Part shown: positions 31,523 to 42,154 of the stretch, piece by piece
Layout: every line of letters starts with the position of its first letter
Position numbering within the stretch: position 1 is the first letter of the stretch
Virus record (IMG/VR): IMGVR_UViG_3300037510_000343
From: a virus
DNA length: 64,000 nucleotides
Reading direction: 5' to 3' (one strand)
Position numbers and translations under genes: made by a program
The notes under the pieces: generated by a model
What the model was told of the DNA's origin: nothing
The model's database searches: none
Seen by the model: the letters and a program-made list of their open reading frames with translations, nothing else

Positions 31523-31912
31523 ATGAAAGACTATGAGTTAATTGAAGCAAGGGCTATTGACGTAGATGACACGATATTGTGGACGTATTTTAAGGGGATA
31601 TCTCCAGTTGTTGTTGAAGAGATTATTGAAGAAGAGAATAGGGTTGATATTTGGTACGGTAAAGGTAAGTGGGCGAACTGGCAACAATTTGAGGGTTCCC
31701 AGTTAGTATTACGTATAAATAGTCCTACAATTACAGCGCAAAAAGTGCTTAAATCCAATCTCAGGGGAAATGAGATGGTTTATGCCTTGAGTCAAATAGT
31801 CAACCTATCTCACTACCCCAACTTTGATAATTTATTTTTACCCGAGTATGTTTGGGTATTGCTAGACACAACAAAACTCTTCTCTCCAGAAAATCTTAGT
31901 TTCGTGTTCTAA
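31523..31912 (+). CDS. hypothetical protein ending SPENLSFVF
   Basis: ORF in the replication operon. Confidence 0.6.
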   Translation: MKDYELIEARAIDVDDTILWTYFKGISPVVVEEIIEEENRVDIWYGKGKWANWQQFEGSQLVLRINSPTITAQKVLKSNLRGNEMVYALSQIVNLSHYPNFDNLFLPEYVWVLLDTTKLFSPENLSFVF

Positions 31913-31953
31913 TGAAAAGAGGCAGTCGTCACACTACCTCTTCATAAACATTT

Positions 31954-32769
31954 ATGTCAGATATTACTCGATACCTCGGAGAGCCTATATACCGCATAGG
32001 CAACACCGTTAAGGCTTACACATGCCCATGTTGCAACAAACCCTCGCTAAAAGTTAATATAGCATCTCCAACTAAGCCTTATGCATGTTGGAGTGGGGGA
32101 TGCAGTAAAGAAGACATCAGAAAATCGTTGCGACTAACCGTTCAGAAGTCCGAAATAATAAGGCCTGCGAGTTATAATATACAGCCTATTAAGCTAGAAA
32201 CAATTGAGCCACTATTTGTTTCGGACTATATTCCACCAATAACAGTTAGGCATAACGTTACTCACGACAATAAATTGGCTAATGTTACGACATACAGATA
32301 CTCTGATACTCATCAAGTCGAGCGAATAGACTTCCATGATGGCAGTAAGAAGAAATTTCTACCTTCATATTTTAAGGACAATAAACGTATCTACGGGGCG
32401 GATTATAACTGCCCCTTATTTAATGAGTATCTATTAGTCGGTAAGAAAACAGTGTACGTAGTTGAGGGAGAAAAGTGTGCTGTGGAATTCACTAGAGAGC
32501 TGGGTATGTTAGCAGTTAGTCCGCCAGGTTTTGGTTGGACTGAAAAATTTTTAAGACCCAAGCTACAATCACTATCTAGTAAAGTAAGTGGTTTAGTTAT
32601 TGTGCCAGACAAAGACAAAGCAGGTTTATTGAAAGCCCAAACACTTAGAACAATAGCTTGGTCAGTTGGTTTACCTTGTAGAATCATTAATCTTCCCAAT
32701 GCAGCACAAGGAGAAGATATTGTGGACTTACTTGCAAGAAATGTAGACGTATTACCTTATTTAAAATAA
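31954..32769 (+). CDS. DNA primase (Zn finger + TOPRIM)
   Basis: CPCC...CWSGGC, VYVVEGEKC, IVPDKDKAG, GEDIVD. Confidence 0.85.
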   Translation: MSDITRYLGEPIYRIGNTVKAYTCPCCNKPSLKVNIASPTKPYACWSGGCSKEDIRKSLRLTVQKSEIIRPASYNIQPIKLETIEPLFVSDYIPPITVRHNVTHDNKLANVTTYRYSDTHQVERIDFHDGSKKKFLPSYFKDNKRIYGADYNCPLFNEYLLVGKKTVYVVEGEKCAVEFTRELGMLAVSPPGFGWTEKFLRPKLQSLSSKVSGLVIVPDKDKAGLLKAQTLRTIAWSVGLPCRIINLPNAAQGEDIVDLLARNVDVLPYLK

Positions 32770-34487
32770 TGATTAGTAATTTATTGCTGATGCTCTCCAA
32801 TGAGCCAGATTCTGCACGACGTTCAGCACTAATGCATGATTGGCTAGAAGATAATCCTAATACTTATTCTCAAGAAGAATTAGAGGAATTATTTTTTCAG
32901 TATTTAGTTAATGTAACCCGTGAGAAATTAGTAATTGTTAGAAACACAACTAATATATTCAAAGCTGTTTCTTTAAAGACTGATTTAGTTAACTGGCTCA
33001 AACTATTTGTTTCGGACAAGCAAGACATTCAGAAACTGATTGAGATTTACTCAACTGAGATTAAGGAAAATGAAGTATACAACTTAAGACAATTACGCTC
33101 TATTGCTTTAGAACATAAAGATAATTACTTGGTTCAGGGCTTATTTAGGAAAGGAGTATTATTTTTAGTTGCGGGTGCTCCCAAGACTGGCAAAAGTTTG
33201 TTGGCCACTAATCTCGGGGTGTGCTTAATACAAGGAACTCCTTTTCTTAATCGAGCAACATTGAAAAGTAGAGTAGTTTTTATTCAAAACGAAGAACCAC
33301 TCCCCGGCACCTATCACCGCATTTACAATAATGGTCTTCAGTTTTTAGAAGCTAGTCAGCCCGAACTATTTGAAGAATTACTAGATAGTCATGATTTAAT
33401 TGTTGCAAAGCATTTAGACTTAAGTGTTGATAAGGCTAGTATTGTTAAAGTCATTGAAGACCACGAAGCTGATGTGCTGATAGTTGATAGTCTAGGTGCT
33501 AGCATTCGCCGTAGTGGACTAACAGAATACAGTACAGAATTGATCCCACTTCTTTATGAGTGGCAAGATTATGCACATACTCACAACGTAAATATTTTCA
33601 TTTTGCATCACACCACCAAGATGAATGCAGGGCGTCAGTCTTCAGATGAAAGCAAAGCAGTACCTACACAGACTCGGCTTATTGGAGCTACAGCAGGGCA
33701 CAACGGTATCATGAGGGCAAATGATGGGGCTGTGTTTTTGCAGCCAGGAAAGACTCCTGGAACAGTTGTTCTGTATACAATTCCGAGAGATGGTGTTCCT
33801 GAAGAATTGTTATTAGAACATGAAGAGGACGAGGCATCGTTCTGGAATTTCAAAGTGAAGAAAGAAAATACTCTGACTTCTGAGAATATTCAATTACAGA
33901 ACAGTGTGTTGCGATTGTTATTGGAGCAATACAATTTATGGCAGGAAAGTGACGATGAAAAAGTGTATGGGTACACACTAACCGAGTTGATGGATATTCT
34001 AGGTGTGCCTCGACCTGATTTAGTGAAACGTTTGAATCAAATGACAGATACACAAGGTATTAGTCGAAGAACAGAAAAAGGTAGATTCATCTACCACATT
34101 CCTGCTAATGGGGAGAGTTGGTTACTTGCTTATCTTGAAATAGAAGAAGCTGAGCAAGCTAAGGCACAACAACAACTAGAAATTGATGCCCGAATGGCAA
34201 ACGCTGTCCGAAACACAAGGACTCGTGAAGAGTTTTTGCAATTACTTCAAGGATGGTCTGATGAAGAAAAAAAGCGAGTCTTTAATTTAATTGATCCACA
34301 GACTAGGATTGACAAGATGCTGTTGGTAAACCCGCCACGATATAGTGTCGGAGCGAGCGTGCGTGTCGAGGGAATTGAAGTCCAGGTGTCAGCCGTGACC
34401 CTGAAGGACGGTAAGCATATGTACACAATTCAAGATAGTCAGGGGAACCAGATTCCCGACTATCTCGAAGAACAGTTGGAGGGATAA
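32769..34487 (+). CDS. RecA-family (AAA_25/RepA-like) replicative helicase
   Basis: AGAPKTGKS, FIQNEE, LIVDSL, ILHHTTK; translationally coupled to primase and DnaE. Confidence 0.85.
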   Translation: MISNLLLMLSNEPDSARRSALMHDWLEDNPNTYSQEELEELFFQYLVNVTREKLVIVRNTTNIFKAVSLKTDLVNWLKLFVSDKQDIQKLIEIYSTEIKENEVYNLRQLRSIALEHKDNYLVQGLFRKGVLFLVAGAPKTGKSLLATNLGVCLIQGTPFLNRATLKSRVVFIQNEEPLPGTYHRIYNNGLQFLEASQPELFEELLDSHDLIVAKHLDLSVDKASIVKVIEDHEADVLIVDSLGASIRRSGLTEYSTELIPLLYEWQDYAHTHNVNIFILHHTTKMNAGRQSSDESKAVPTQTRLIGATAGHNGIMRANDGAVFLQPGKTPGTVVLYTIPRDGVPEELLLEHEEDEASFWNFKVKKENTLTSENIQLQNSVLRLLLEQYNLWQESDDEKVYGYTLTELMDILGVPRPDLVKRLNQMTDTQGISRRTEKGRFIYHIPANGESWLLAYLEIEEAEQAKAQQQLEIDARMANAVRNTRTREEFLQLLQGWSDEEKKRVFNLIDPQTRIDKMLLVNPPRYSVGASVRVEGIEVQVSAVTLKDGKHMYTIQDSQGNQIPDYLEEQLEG

Positions 34488-37400
34488 TGGATAACTATGT
34501 ATGTTTGCACACTCACTCTCATTACAGTGATGGTAGTTCTAAAGTCGAGGAATTAGTAGAGAAAGCAGCATCACTTGGACAGCCAGCACTTGCTATAACC
34601 GATCATGGCACAATGGCAGGTTGCATAGATCTTTACAAGGCTTGCAAAAGATTTGGCATTAAGCCGATTATCGGTAATGAAATGTATCTCGAACATCCAC
34701 TATCAGATGTTCTCAAAGAAAAAGATGTTAGTCATTTGACGGGTGACTACAAGCCCGGTAATCGATTTCACCAGATTGTGTTGGCCAAAGACTTGACGGG
34801 ATACAAGAATTTGTCTCGGTTAACAACATGGTCAGAACTAGAAAACAAAAAAGCCGCTAACAACAAAGGTAAGGCTTATCCATTAATTACACTTGAAAAA
34901 TTAAAGGAACATCATGAAGGACTAATAGTTACAACAGGATGTATCGGTTCATTAGTACCACAATTAATTATTTTTAATGAAATAGAGTTAGCAGAACAAG
35001 TTTTACTAGAGTATTTATCAGTATTTAAAGATGATTATTATATTGAGTTACAATACCATGATCAGCAAGAGATTTATTTAAACCTTAATAATGTACTAGT
35101 TAATCTAGCTAATAAATACAATATTAAGTGCATCATTAGTCCTGACACTCATTACTTAACACCAGAACACTACAAAATACATAATGTTCTGTATGCAATT
35201 AAGTATGGCAAAAAATTAAGTGAATTAGTTAATCAAAAATTTAGCTACGATAAAGACTTGTTTTTTGGAAGTAGTGATGAACTAAAACAAAGATTTGCTA
35301 ATACATTACCTGAATATGTTATTAATGAAGCAATCAACAATACAGTAGAGTTGTCCGAAAAAATACAGCACTACGAGTTATTCAGAAAACCAACTGCTCC
35401 TAATTATGAACCGCCTAACAATCACACACAAGAAAGTTACTTAAGGCAATTAGCTGCTGATGGTTTAACTAAATTATTTGTTAATCAATCAGTTCCACAA
35501 GAATACATAGACAGAATCGACTACGAATTAGAAGTAATTAACAGAATGGGTTTTGCTAGTTACTTTTTAATCGTGATTGATTACATTACTTGGGCTGAAA
35601 ACAATGACATTATGGTAGGCCCCGGTAGAGGTAGTGTGGCGGGTTCTTTGGTCGCATACACAACGGGCATCACTAAAGTCAATCCACTTAAGTACAAGCT
35701 ATCATTTGAGAGATTCTTAAACCCCGACCGTGCAAGTATGCCGGACATTGATGTTGACTTTGATGTTGATGGTAGACAGAAAGTAATTAACTACATCAGT
35801 GAGAAATATGGAAAGAAACGAGTAAGTCAGATTATCACTTCGAGCACGTTAACTAGTAAAGCTGCAATTCGCAGCGTAGCTACTGTACTTGGAATTGGCT
35901 TCGCTGACGCACTAAATATCAGCAATATGATTCCAGTAAATCGAGGTAAGAGTGAAGAATTGACTAAGATGATTTCTCACGACACTCCTAGCCCCGAATT
36001 CAAGAGAATGTATGAAACAGATCCAAACTTCAAAGACTGGATTGATATTGCTCTTAAATTAGAAGGTTGTATTCGTGGTTACGGTGTGCATGCTGCCGGG
36101 GTTGTTATTGGCGACGTAGATATTGAAGAGTATTGTCCATTAATGCTCTCGAAGAATAATCAGGTTTGCACTCAATACGAGATGAGTACAGTTGAAGAAC
36201 TTGGTTTCATCAAGATGGATTTCTTGGGGTTAAACAACCTAAGTATTATTTCGGACGCTCTCAAATCTATTTCTGACAATATAGACATCAATAACATTCC
36301 ACTTGATGATTCTCAGGCCTATACAGTATTTGCATCAGGCAATACGGAAGGCATTTTTCAGTTTGAAAGCCCTGGTATGCAAGATGTACTAAAACAATTG
36401 AGACCTTCTTCAATTGAAGATTTAGCAGTTGCCAATGCGCTGTATAGACCTGGTGCATTAGACTCTGGAATGATACCAGAATATATTGCCCGGAAGCATA
36501 ACAGAAAAGAAGTTGTGTATGATTTCCCTGAACTTCAAGAAGTATTGAATGATACTTTTGGAATTCTTGTTTTCCAAGAAAGTGTGATGAGAGCAAGTCA
36601 AGTAATTGCGGGTTTTAGTGCAACTCGTGCTGATGAATTAAGGAAAGTAGTTGGCAAGAAATTAGTCCACAAAATGGTCAAGGAACGAGAAGAATTTGTT
36701 GAGGGTGCTGTTGAGCGAGGTTATTCGCCACTGTTAGTGAGTAGATTCTTTGACAAGATAGAAACATTTGGTAGTTACGGATTCAACAAAAGTCATTCTG
36801 TCGCTTATTCATTAATCGCTTACCAGTGTGCTTATCTAAAAGTGCATTACAAATGTGAATTTATGGCGGCTTTATTGTCGCGTCAGAATGACAATACTAA
36901 AGTAGCGAAGTATCTTAATTCAGCTCGTCAATTAGGTATTCAGATACTACCACCTAGTATCAATAATTCAGATTACAGTTTCAAGAGTGAGACCGAAACA
37001 AATAGTATTTACTTTGGGTTTAAAGCCATTAAGGGATTAGGTGAATCTAGTATTGATTTAATCATTAATGAGCGTAACAAAAAACCTTTTAGTAGCATAT
37101 TAGACTTTTGTGAAAGAACCAACATAGACACTAGTGGTTTAACGTCATTAATACTATGTGGTAGCTTAGATGATTTTGGTTATTCACGTAAAGACTTAGT
37201 TAACAATATACCTAAAATAAAGAAGTTTATTAATGACAAGAAAAAAGCAACAACAGAGTTAGTGCAATTAAATACTGAGTTAAATGAGTTATTAAAAGAT
37301 GAGGAGACTAACAGTAAGATAATCAAGCGTAGGCGCAAGTCAATACAAACTAGAGAACAAAAACTATTAGTTAATTTTGATGATCTATTTACTTGCTTTA

Positions 37401-37774
37401 ACGAAGAATATGATGTTGTTGAAATACTAAAGAATGAATACGAATTAGTTGGACATTTTGTTAGTAGCAATCCTGTTTCACTATTACCTCAGTATGAATT
37501 ATTCCCAGTAGATAGTGTAAACAAAAAGTATTTAGTAGTAGCGGCAAATATCCTAGAAAAAGAGTTCCGGGTATCTAAAAATGGTAATAACTATTTATCA
37601 TGTAAATTTGAGGACACTAAAGGAACTATTGTTAGTGGCTTAATTTTTAGCAAGTTATTAAATGAGAATTTAGATACACTAAAATCTGCATTAGCTATTG
37701 TAGGTAAATTTAATGTATCTATCGAGGATGAAAGCATTAAGGCTATTTGCAATGAAATATTAGAAGTATTTTAA
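34487..37774 (+). CDS. dnaE: DNA polymerase III alpha subunit (family C)
   Basis: PHP domain LHTHSHYS/AITDHG, GPGRGSVAGS, MPDIDVDF, HAAGVVI, KMDFLGL, YGFNKSHSVAY. Confidence 0.97.
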   Translation: MDNYVCLHTHSHYSDGSSKVEELVEKAASLGQPALAITDHGTMAGCIDLYKACKRFGIKPIIGNEMYLEHPLSDVLKEKDVSHLTGDYKPGNRFHQIVLAKDLTGYKNLSRLTTWSELENKKAANNKGKAYPLITLEKLKEHHEGLIVTTGCIGSLVPQLIIFNEIELAEQVLLEYLSVFKDDYYIELQYHDQQEIYLNLNNVLVNLANKYNIKCIISPDTHYLTPEHYKIHNVLYAIKYGKKLSELVNQKFSYDKDLFFGSSDELKQRFANTLPEYVINEAINNTVELSEKIQHYELFRKPTAPNYEPPNNHTQESYLRQLAADGLTKLFVNQSVPQEYIDRIDYELEVINRMGFASYFLIVIDYITWAENNDIMVGPGRGSVAGSLVAYTTGITKVNPLKYKLSFERFLNPDRASMPDIDVDFDVDGRQKVINYISEKYGKKRVSQIITSSTLTSKAAIRSVATVLGIGFADALNISNMIPVNRGKSEELTKMISHDTPSPEFKRMYETDPNFKDWIDIALKLEGCIRGYGVHAAGVVIGDVDIEEYCPLMLSKNNQVCTQYEMSTVEELGFIKMDFLGLNNLSIISDALKSISDNIDINNIPLDDSQAYTVFASGNTEGIFQFESPGMQDVLKQLRPSSIEDLAVANALYRPGALDSGMIPEYIARKHNRKEVVYDFPELQEVLNDTFGILVFQESVMRASQVIAGFSATRADELRKVVGKKLVHKMVKEREEFVEGAVERGYSPLLVSRFFDKIETFGSYGFNKSHSVAYSLIAYQCAYLKVHYKCEFMAALLSRQNDNTKVAKYLNSARQLGIQILPPSINNSDYSFKSETETNSIYFGFKAIKGLGESSIDLIINERNKKPFSSILDFCERTNIDTSGLTSLILCGSLDDFGYSRKDLVNNIPKIKKFINDKKKATTELVQLNTELNELLKDEETNSKIIKRRRKSIQTREQKLLVNFDDLFTCFNEEYDVVEILKNEYELVGHFVSSNPVSLLPQYELFPVDSVNKKYLVVAANILEKEFRVSKNGNNYLSCKFEDTKGTIVSGLIFSKLLNENLDTLKSALAIVGKFNVSIEDESIKAICNEILEVF

Positions 37775-37783
37775 ATTAATAAA

Positions 37784-37815
37784 GTCCGAAATAAATAGCC
37801 CTTATTATTTCGGAC
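37784..37815. repeat. inverted pair of the dispersed motif
   Basis: GTCCGAAATAAATAG-CC-CTTATTATTTCGGAC. Confidence 0.9.
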
Positions 37816-37849
37816 AGACTTTATTTACCATAATTAAGGAAGAAACCTA

Positions 37850-38593
37850 ATGTTGCAAGTAATTGAAAAAGATAGTGTATTAGTAGTTGATTCTAGATTA
37901 ATTGCAGAAGAATTGGGAATAGAGCACCGTAGTTTTAAAGATACTGTACAGGGAAACATTACAGATTTAGAGTTGCATTTTGGGGAGTTGCGGCGTGAAA
38001 CCGCATCGTCAAAAGCAAATGGTGGTGGGGGTTTTGGTGAAACATACTACCTGCTCAACGAAGAACAAGCCACTTATCTAATGACTTTATCTCGTAACAC
38101 CGATCAAGTTAAGAAAGCCAAACTTAGTTTAGTCAAAGCTTTTAGTGCTGCTAAGTCTGCATTAAAAAATATAGATAATAATGCATTAATTTCATCACTA
38201 AATAACTTAGCTAATTTAGTTACACAACAGCAGCAACAACTCAATACACTAACAGAGCGTACTCAACAACTAGATATAGTTACAGAAGAAAATAAGCAAT
38301 TAACCACTACAATAGCTTCTATTAATACAGCCGGATTAGCACATCAAGGTTGTTATAACATCATTCAATCAGAATTAACTAAAGAAGATACTACACTAAT
38401 AACCGCGTATGACTTTTTACTTGAAGTAAATCAACCAACTGAATACGCTCAGTTATTAGCACGTAGAGCAGCTAGTCTATTTCGTTGCAGTCGTAAAGCT
38501 GAGCCATTTAAGAACAAACAAAATCAGCTACTATTTGAACGCAAATATCTCCGCGAAGCACTAACATCTATTGCAGACTTACTAGTGGATTAA
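37850..38593 (+). CDS. Rha family regulatory protein
   Basis: VVDSRLIAEELGIEH, LLNEEQATYLMTLSRNT..V..AK..LVKAF. Confidence 0.85.
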   Translation: MLQVIEKDSVLVVDSRLIAEELGIEHRSFKDTVQGNITDLELHFGELRRETASSKANGGGGFGETYYLLNEEQATYLMTLSRNTDQVKKAKLSLVKAFSAAKSALKNIDNNALISSLNNLANLVTQQQQQLNTLTERTQQLDIVTEENKQLTTTIASINTAGLAHQGCYNIIQSELTKEDTTLITAYDFLLEVNQPTEYAQLLARRAASLFRCSRKAEPFKNKQNQLLFERKYLREALTSIADLLVD

Positions 38594-38795
38594 TTACTAT
38601 GCACAAGAAAGTAACACTATACCGTATTAAGTTTAATGGTCTTTATTTAGTAGGTAAAAAAACTAAAGCCCCGTATTGGTCAGAACACGATTATTTAGCA
38701 TCCTATACAGAACACAAAATAGTAGCTGATGCATGGGCAAGACAACATGGTGGTGCAGTTGAAGCTTTTTAACTTATTAAAAAGGAGTATAAAGT

Positions 38796-39785
38796 ATGCG
38801 TAAACTAGCTACGATCAGACAAATAAGTGAGATTAAGCAGATTCCCAATGCAGACTTACTGGAGTTAGCCATTATAGATGGATGGCAAGCTGTAATTAAA
38901 AAAGGAGAATTTAAGGTCGGAGATTTGGTGGTTTATTGTGAGATTGATTCCTTTTTACCGATAATCCCTGAATATGAGTTCCTAAGAAAAAACTGCTACC
39001 GTAAACTATCGGATGGGAGTGAGGGATTTTTAATTAAGACTGTTAAATTACGGGGACAACTTTCGCAAGGTTTAGTTCTACCGTTAGTGAATAAACATTG
39101 GGAATTAAACCAAGACGTAACTGAGGCTCTGGGTATTACACTCTATGATCAATTGGCAGGCAGGGAAAAAATTGGTACTGATATTAGTGGTAAATTTCCT
39201 TACTTTATTCCTAAAACAGATGAAGAAAGAATACAGAATTTATCTGCTAAATTCGAGCAACTTAAACAACGAGGTTATACCGTTACTGAGAAGCTAGATG
39301 GCACTAGCTTTACCTGTTACAAGTGGAATGAGAAGTTTGGGGTTTGTTCGCGTAATTGGGAAATAGAAGAAGCAGAGAACTCAATGTATTGGAAAATAGC
39401 TAAGCAGTATAACTTAGCACAGACACTCCCAGAGGGATTAGCTATTCAGGGGGAGGTAATTGGCCCCGGCATTCAAGGCAATAAATATGAACTAAAAGAT
39501 ACAGACCTTTATGTATTTAACGTTTACGACATTAAACAGCAACAGTATTTAACTCAACAAAACGCACAATATACGGCAACTAAATTAGGTATAAAATTTG
39601 TACCAGTAATTGAGCAATCTACTTTGTTGCCAAATACAGTTAATGAGGTTCTACAGTTAGCGATAGGTAAAAGTTGTCTTAATAAACACGCAGAAAGAGA
39701 AGGATTAGTTTTTGTTAGTGATATAGATCCACGAATATCATTTAAGGTCATTTCTAATTCCTTTCTTCTAAAGGATAAAAATTAG
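38796..39785 (+). CDS. RNA ligase (Rnl2/DRB0094 family)
   Basis: MRKLATIRQI, YCEIDS, LRGQLSQGL, FIPKTDEERIQN, TEKLDGTS, QGEVIGPGIQGN, REGLV, SFKVISN. Confidence 0.92.
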   Translation: MRKLATIRQISEIKQIPNADLLELAIIDGWQAVIKKGEFKVGDLVVYCEIDSFLPIIPEYEFLRKNCYRKLSDGSEGFLIKTVKLRGQLSQGLVLPLVNKHWELNQDVTEALGITLYDQLAGREKIGTDISGKFPYFIPKTDEERIQNLSAKFEQLKQRGYTVTEKLDGTSFTCYKWNEKFGVCSRNWEIEEAENSMYWKIAKQYNLAQTLPEGLAIQGEVIGPGIQGNKYELKDTDLYVFNVYDIKQQQYLTQQNAQYTATKLGIKFVPVIEQSTLLPNTVNEVLQLAIGKSCLNKHAEREGLVFVSDIDPRISFKVISNSFLLKDKN

Positions 39786-39794
39786 TAGTAATAT

Positions 39795-39829
39795 GTCCGA
39801 AATAAGTAGTGAGCCTTATTATTTCGGAC
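39795..39829. repeat. inverted pair of the dispersed motif
   Basis: GTCCGAAATAAGTAG-TGAGC-CTTATTATTTCGGAC. Confidence 0.9.
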
Positions 39830-39857
39830 TATTGTATTAACTAACGGGAAAATTACT

Positions 39858-40259
39858 ATGTCTAAATTAGATGAATTAATTAATCAAGCTAAGGCTAATC
39901 AATTAACAGAAGAACAACTACGTATTGCTAAAAATAAACGTATTTACAGAGAATTATTTAATAGTATATTTGGGGGCGAACTATTTGAAGCATTAATCGA
40001 GGCGGGATTTAAGTACATTGAAGATAAGCATTGTTTAACTTCCCTAAATTATTACAAGTGTACTGTAACAATTAGTTTGCAGAGTACGTTATTAAAAGAT
40101 ACTAACAACATATCCACTAAGGCTACTTTATTTGTTAAACCTAATGACCATGCTATCCTTGCTAGATCAAAAGTAATTTCAGTTGGGGAAAATAGTCGTC
40201 TTAATACCGATACTTTGCTATTAGCATTATCTACCATGATTAGCAGTTTTAAGCCATGA
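39858..40259 (+). CDS. hypothetical protein
   Basis: ORF coupled to the next gene. Confidence 0.55.
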   Translation: MSKLDELINQAKANQLTEEQLRIAKNKRIYRELFNSIFGGELFEALIEAGFKYIEDKHCLTSLNYYKCTVTISLQSTLLKDTNNISTKATLFVKPNDHAILARSKVISVGENSRLNTDTLLLALSTMISSFKP

Positions 40260-40639
40260 GAAAAATAGAACAAGAAATGCTTGAGGCTATTGCAGCCAAG
40301 AAAGCATGGCGAAAGGATAATACTGAAGTATCTGTTTTGTATCTCAATAACGCAATAAGAGTTTCGTTGCATGGTAACCTTATTGCAATAATATCGCCAA
40401 ATAAAAACACACTAACACTGTATGACTGTGGCTACAGAACAGCAACAACTAAGTCTCGTCTTAATGCATTACTAAGTCATTACAATAAAGGCTTTATTTG
40501 GCAGGTTCAAGGAACATGGTTCTATCGTGATTATTTTGAAGGTATTACTCAGTTATGGAATAGTGGCTTAGTAGTACCTTTGTATACTGCCGGAGTTAAT
40601 ATGGCTAAAACCCCCGACAATTTGGAGTTTGTTTTCTAA
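40256..40639 (+). CDS. conserved-type phage hypothetical protein ending TPDNLEFVF
   Basis: MRKIEQEM...LHGNLIA...TTKSRLNALL, a pattern familiar from cyanophage hypotheticals. Confidence 0.6.
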   Translation: MRKIEQEMLEAIAAKKAWRKDNTEVSVLYLNNAIRVSLHGNLIAIISPNKNTLTLYDCGYRTATTKSRLNALLSHYNKGFIWQVQGTWFYRDYFEGITQLWNSGLVVPLYTAGVNMAKTPDNLEFVF

Positions 40640-40830
40640 TGACTGTACAATTATCTATCGAGCAACAATTTACTTTAGAAAAAATAGTATTACTATTTAA
40701 CGAATTATCGCCAGAAGACAAAGCAAAAGCGTACAAGGTTTTAGTGTTTCATTATCTAAACCAACAAAACTGTATCAACGAATTAATGCGAGAAAAGTTA
40801 ATTGGCAATGAATCATTTATGCCCTCATGA
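40639..40830 (+). CDS. nblA: NblA-like phycobilisome degradation protein
   Basis: 63 aa; LSIEQQF matches the NblA hallmark LSLEQQF, followed by a two-helix pattern (LSPED...NELMREK). Confidence 0.65.
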   Translation: MTVQLSIEQQFTLEKIVLLFNELSPEDKAKAYKVLVFHYLNQQNCINELMREKLIGNESFMPS

Positions 40831-41266
40831 AAAAAGTCTTTGTATGCTCCTTAAGTAACTTAGCAGGTCAGCCTATCTCTCCTACTACATTTGAGGTATG
40901 TGAGTCGCATGACGCCTTGTTGCCCGTTAGTAGAGCACGTATCATGATTGAGCGCAATAAACCGGGCAGATATCGTTATGACTTCGGCACGATTACTGTC
41001 GAGGATAATGTAGCTGCACAGATGGAACAACAAGGTTACACTATTTGCGAAGAATCGCCGTGATGCTTACATCTATTAAGCTTGGAATCAATAAACACCA
41101 ACATTACGTGATACATGTGCAACTATACGGCAACCAAAACAAGTTAGAGGTTAATTATTACTCTACTACTGACAAGACTATCATAGGTCATAACATGGGA
41201 TTTTGTTCACTGGAAGAAGTCAGGGTGTTTTTGAATCGAGAAGTAATTGAGAAGAGTCCGAAATAA
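40827..41266 (+). other. two small hypothetical CDSs (40827, 41045), paralogous to 42914 and 43149
   Basis: MKKVFVCSLSNLAGQPIS vs MKKILVTYLTDLAGNYIS; FCSLEEV vs FDSLDEI. Confidence 0.6.
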
Positions 41267-41275
41267 ATGGTTGGT

Positions 41276-41305
41276 GAGCCTCTCAGTTGTCCGGGAGGCT
41301 CTTTT
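41276..41305. terminator. terminator between convergent genes
   Basis: GAGCCTCTC...GGGAGGCTC followed by TTTT. Confidence 0.65.
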
Positions 41306-41309
41306 GTAT

Positions 41310-41942
41310 TTATTGCAAAGCTGCGTTTACCAAGTCGAGCAACTCGTCGGCGCTATTCTTACCTAAATTATATACATTGTGGTTCACTGGTTCACTTTCG
41401 TCTGTACTGCTTGTGCTGTAAGGGTTTGCGAGTGAACCACCTTTGTATGTTCGGTTGTTCTCTGGTTCACTTGGTTTGATCCAAACTCGATAGATAACTT
41501 TATCTATTTTCCTACGGTATTTACAGTACCCTAACTGCTTAAGACATTTCGAGATTCGCATCTCTAACGACTTGTTGATTATGTCGAATCCCCGCTTACC
41601 ATCATGTGCTTCAATAATTTCTCGCACTGATACTTCAGCTTTGTCTGAGACGTACTCAGCAACCAATTCAAGGAGTACTTCTTCTTCGTTAACCTTGGGG
41701 CTGTTTACTCTGGCAATACCGTTCAGGAGGGTATACAGCATCTGATTAGGGAACATTGCGCGGTACTCAGATTTAATATGTTCCGCCAAAGCAATAAAAT
41801 CAGTATCTTCCCCGTTAAGCAGTGCTCTACGTTGTTGGTAGTCAAAAGTTAATTGCTTGTCCCAACCTAGTTCTTCTACAATTTGGCGTAACTGATCTTC
41901 ATCTATTCTTTCAGCACGAGACACAGGTATTCTTTTAGTCAT
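41310..41942 (-). CDS. putative DNA-binding protein resembling VapE N- and C-terminal parts without the ATPase
   Basis: MRISKCLKQLGYCKYRRK...RVWIKP winged-helix-like tail; no Walker motif; lone intact minus-strand gene in the block. Confidence 0.45.
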   Translation of the reverse strand: MTKRIPVSRAERIDEDQLRQIVEELGWDKQLTFDYQQRRALLNGEDTDFIALAEHIKSEYRAMFPNQMLYTLLNGIARVNSPKVNEEEVLLELVAEYVSDKAEVSVREIIEAHDGKRGFDIINKSLEMRISKCLKQLGYCKYRRKIDKVIYRVWIKPSEPENNRTYKGGSLANPYSTSSTDESEPVNHNVYNLGKNSADELLDLVNAALQ

Positions 41943-42029
41943 GTTAAAATGCGAGTAGTTCGCTGGTAAATTGTGGCCTACAATGATGCTAGCGCAAAAG
42001 CCCTGAGTAAAAGTACTTGGGGCTTGTTT

Positions 42030-42150
42030 TATTAGTATATAGATACTAATACTTATTTATATTAATAATAATAATAATAATAATAATGATGTTAATAATA
42101 GTAATAGTTAAATAGATACTTAGTAATGGTAATAACCAAATACAATACTA
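42030..42150. repeat. AT-rich (TAA)n tract, candidate origin/regulatory region
   Basis: TAATAATAATAATAATAATAATAATG run in a divergent intergenic region. Confidence 0.6.
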
Positions 42151-42154
42151 CTTA

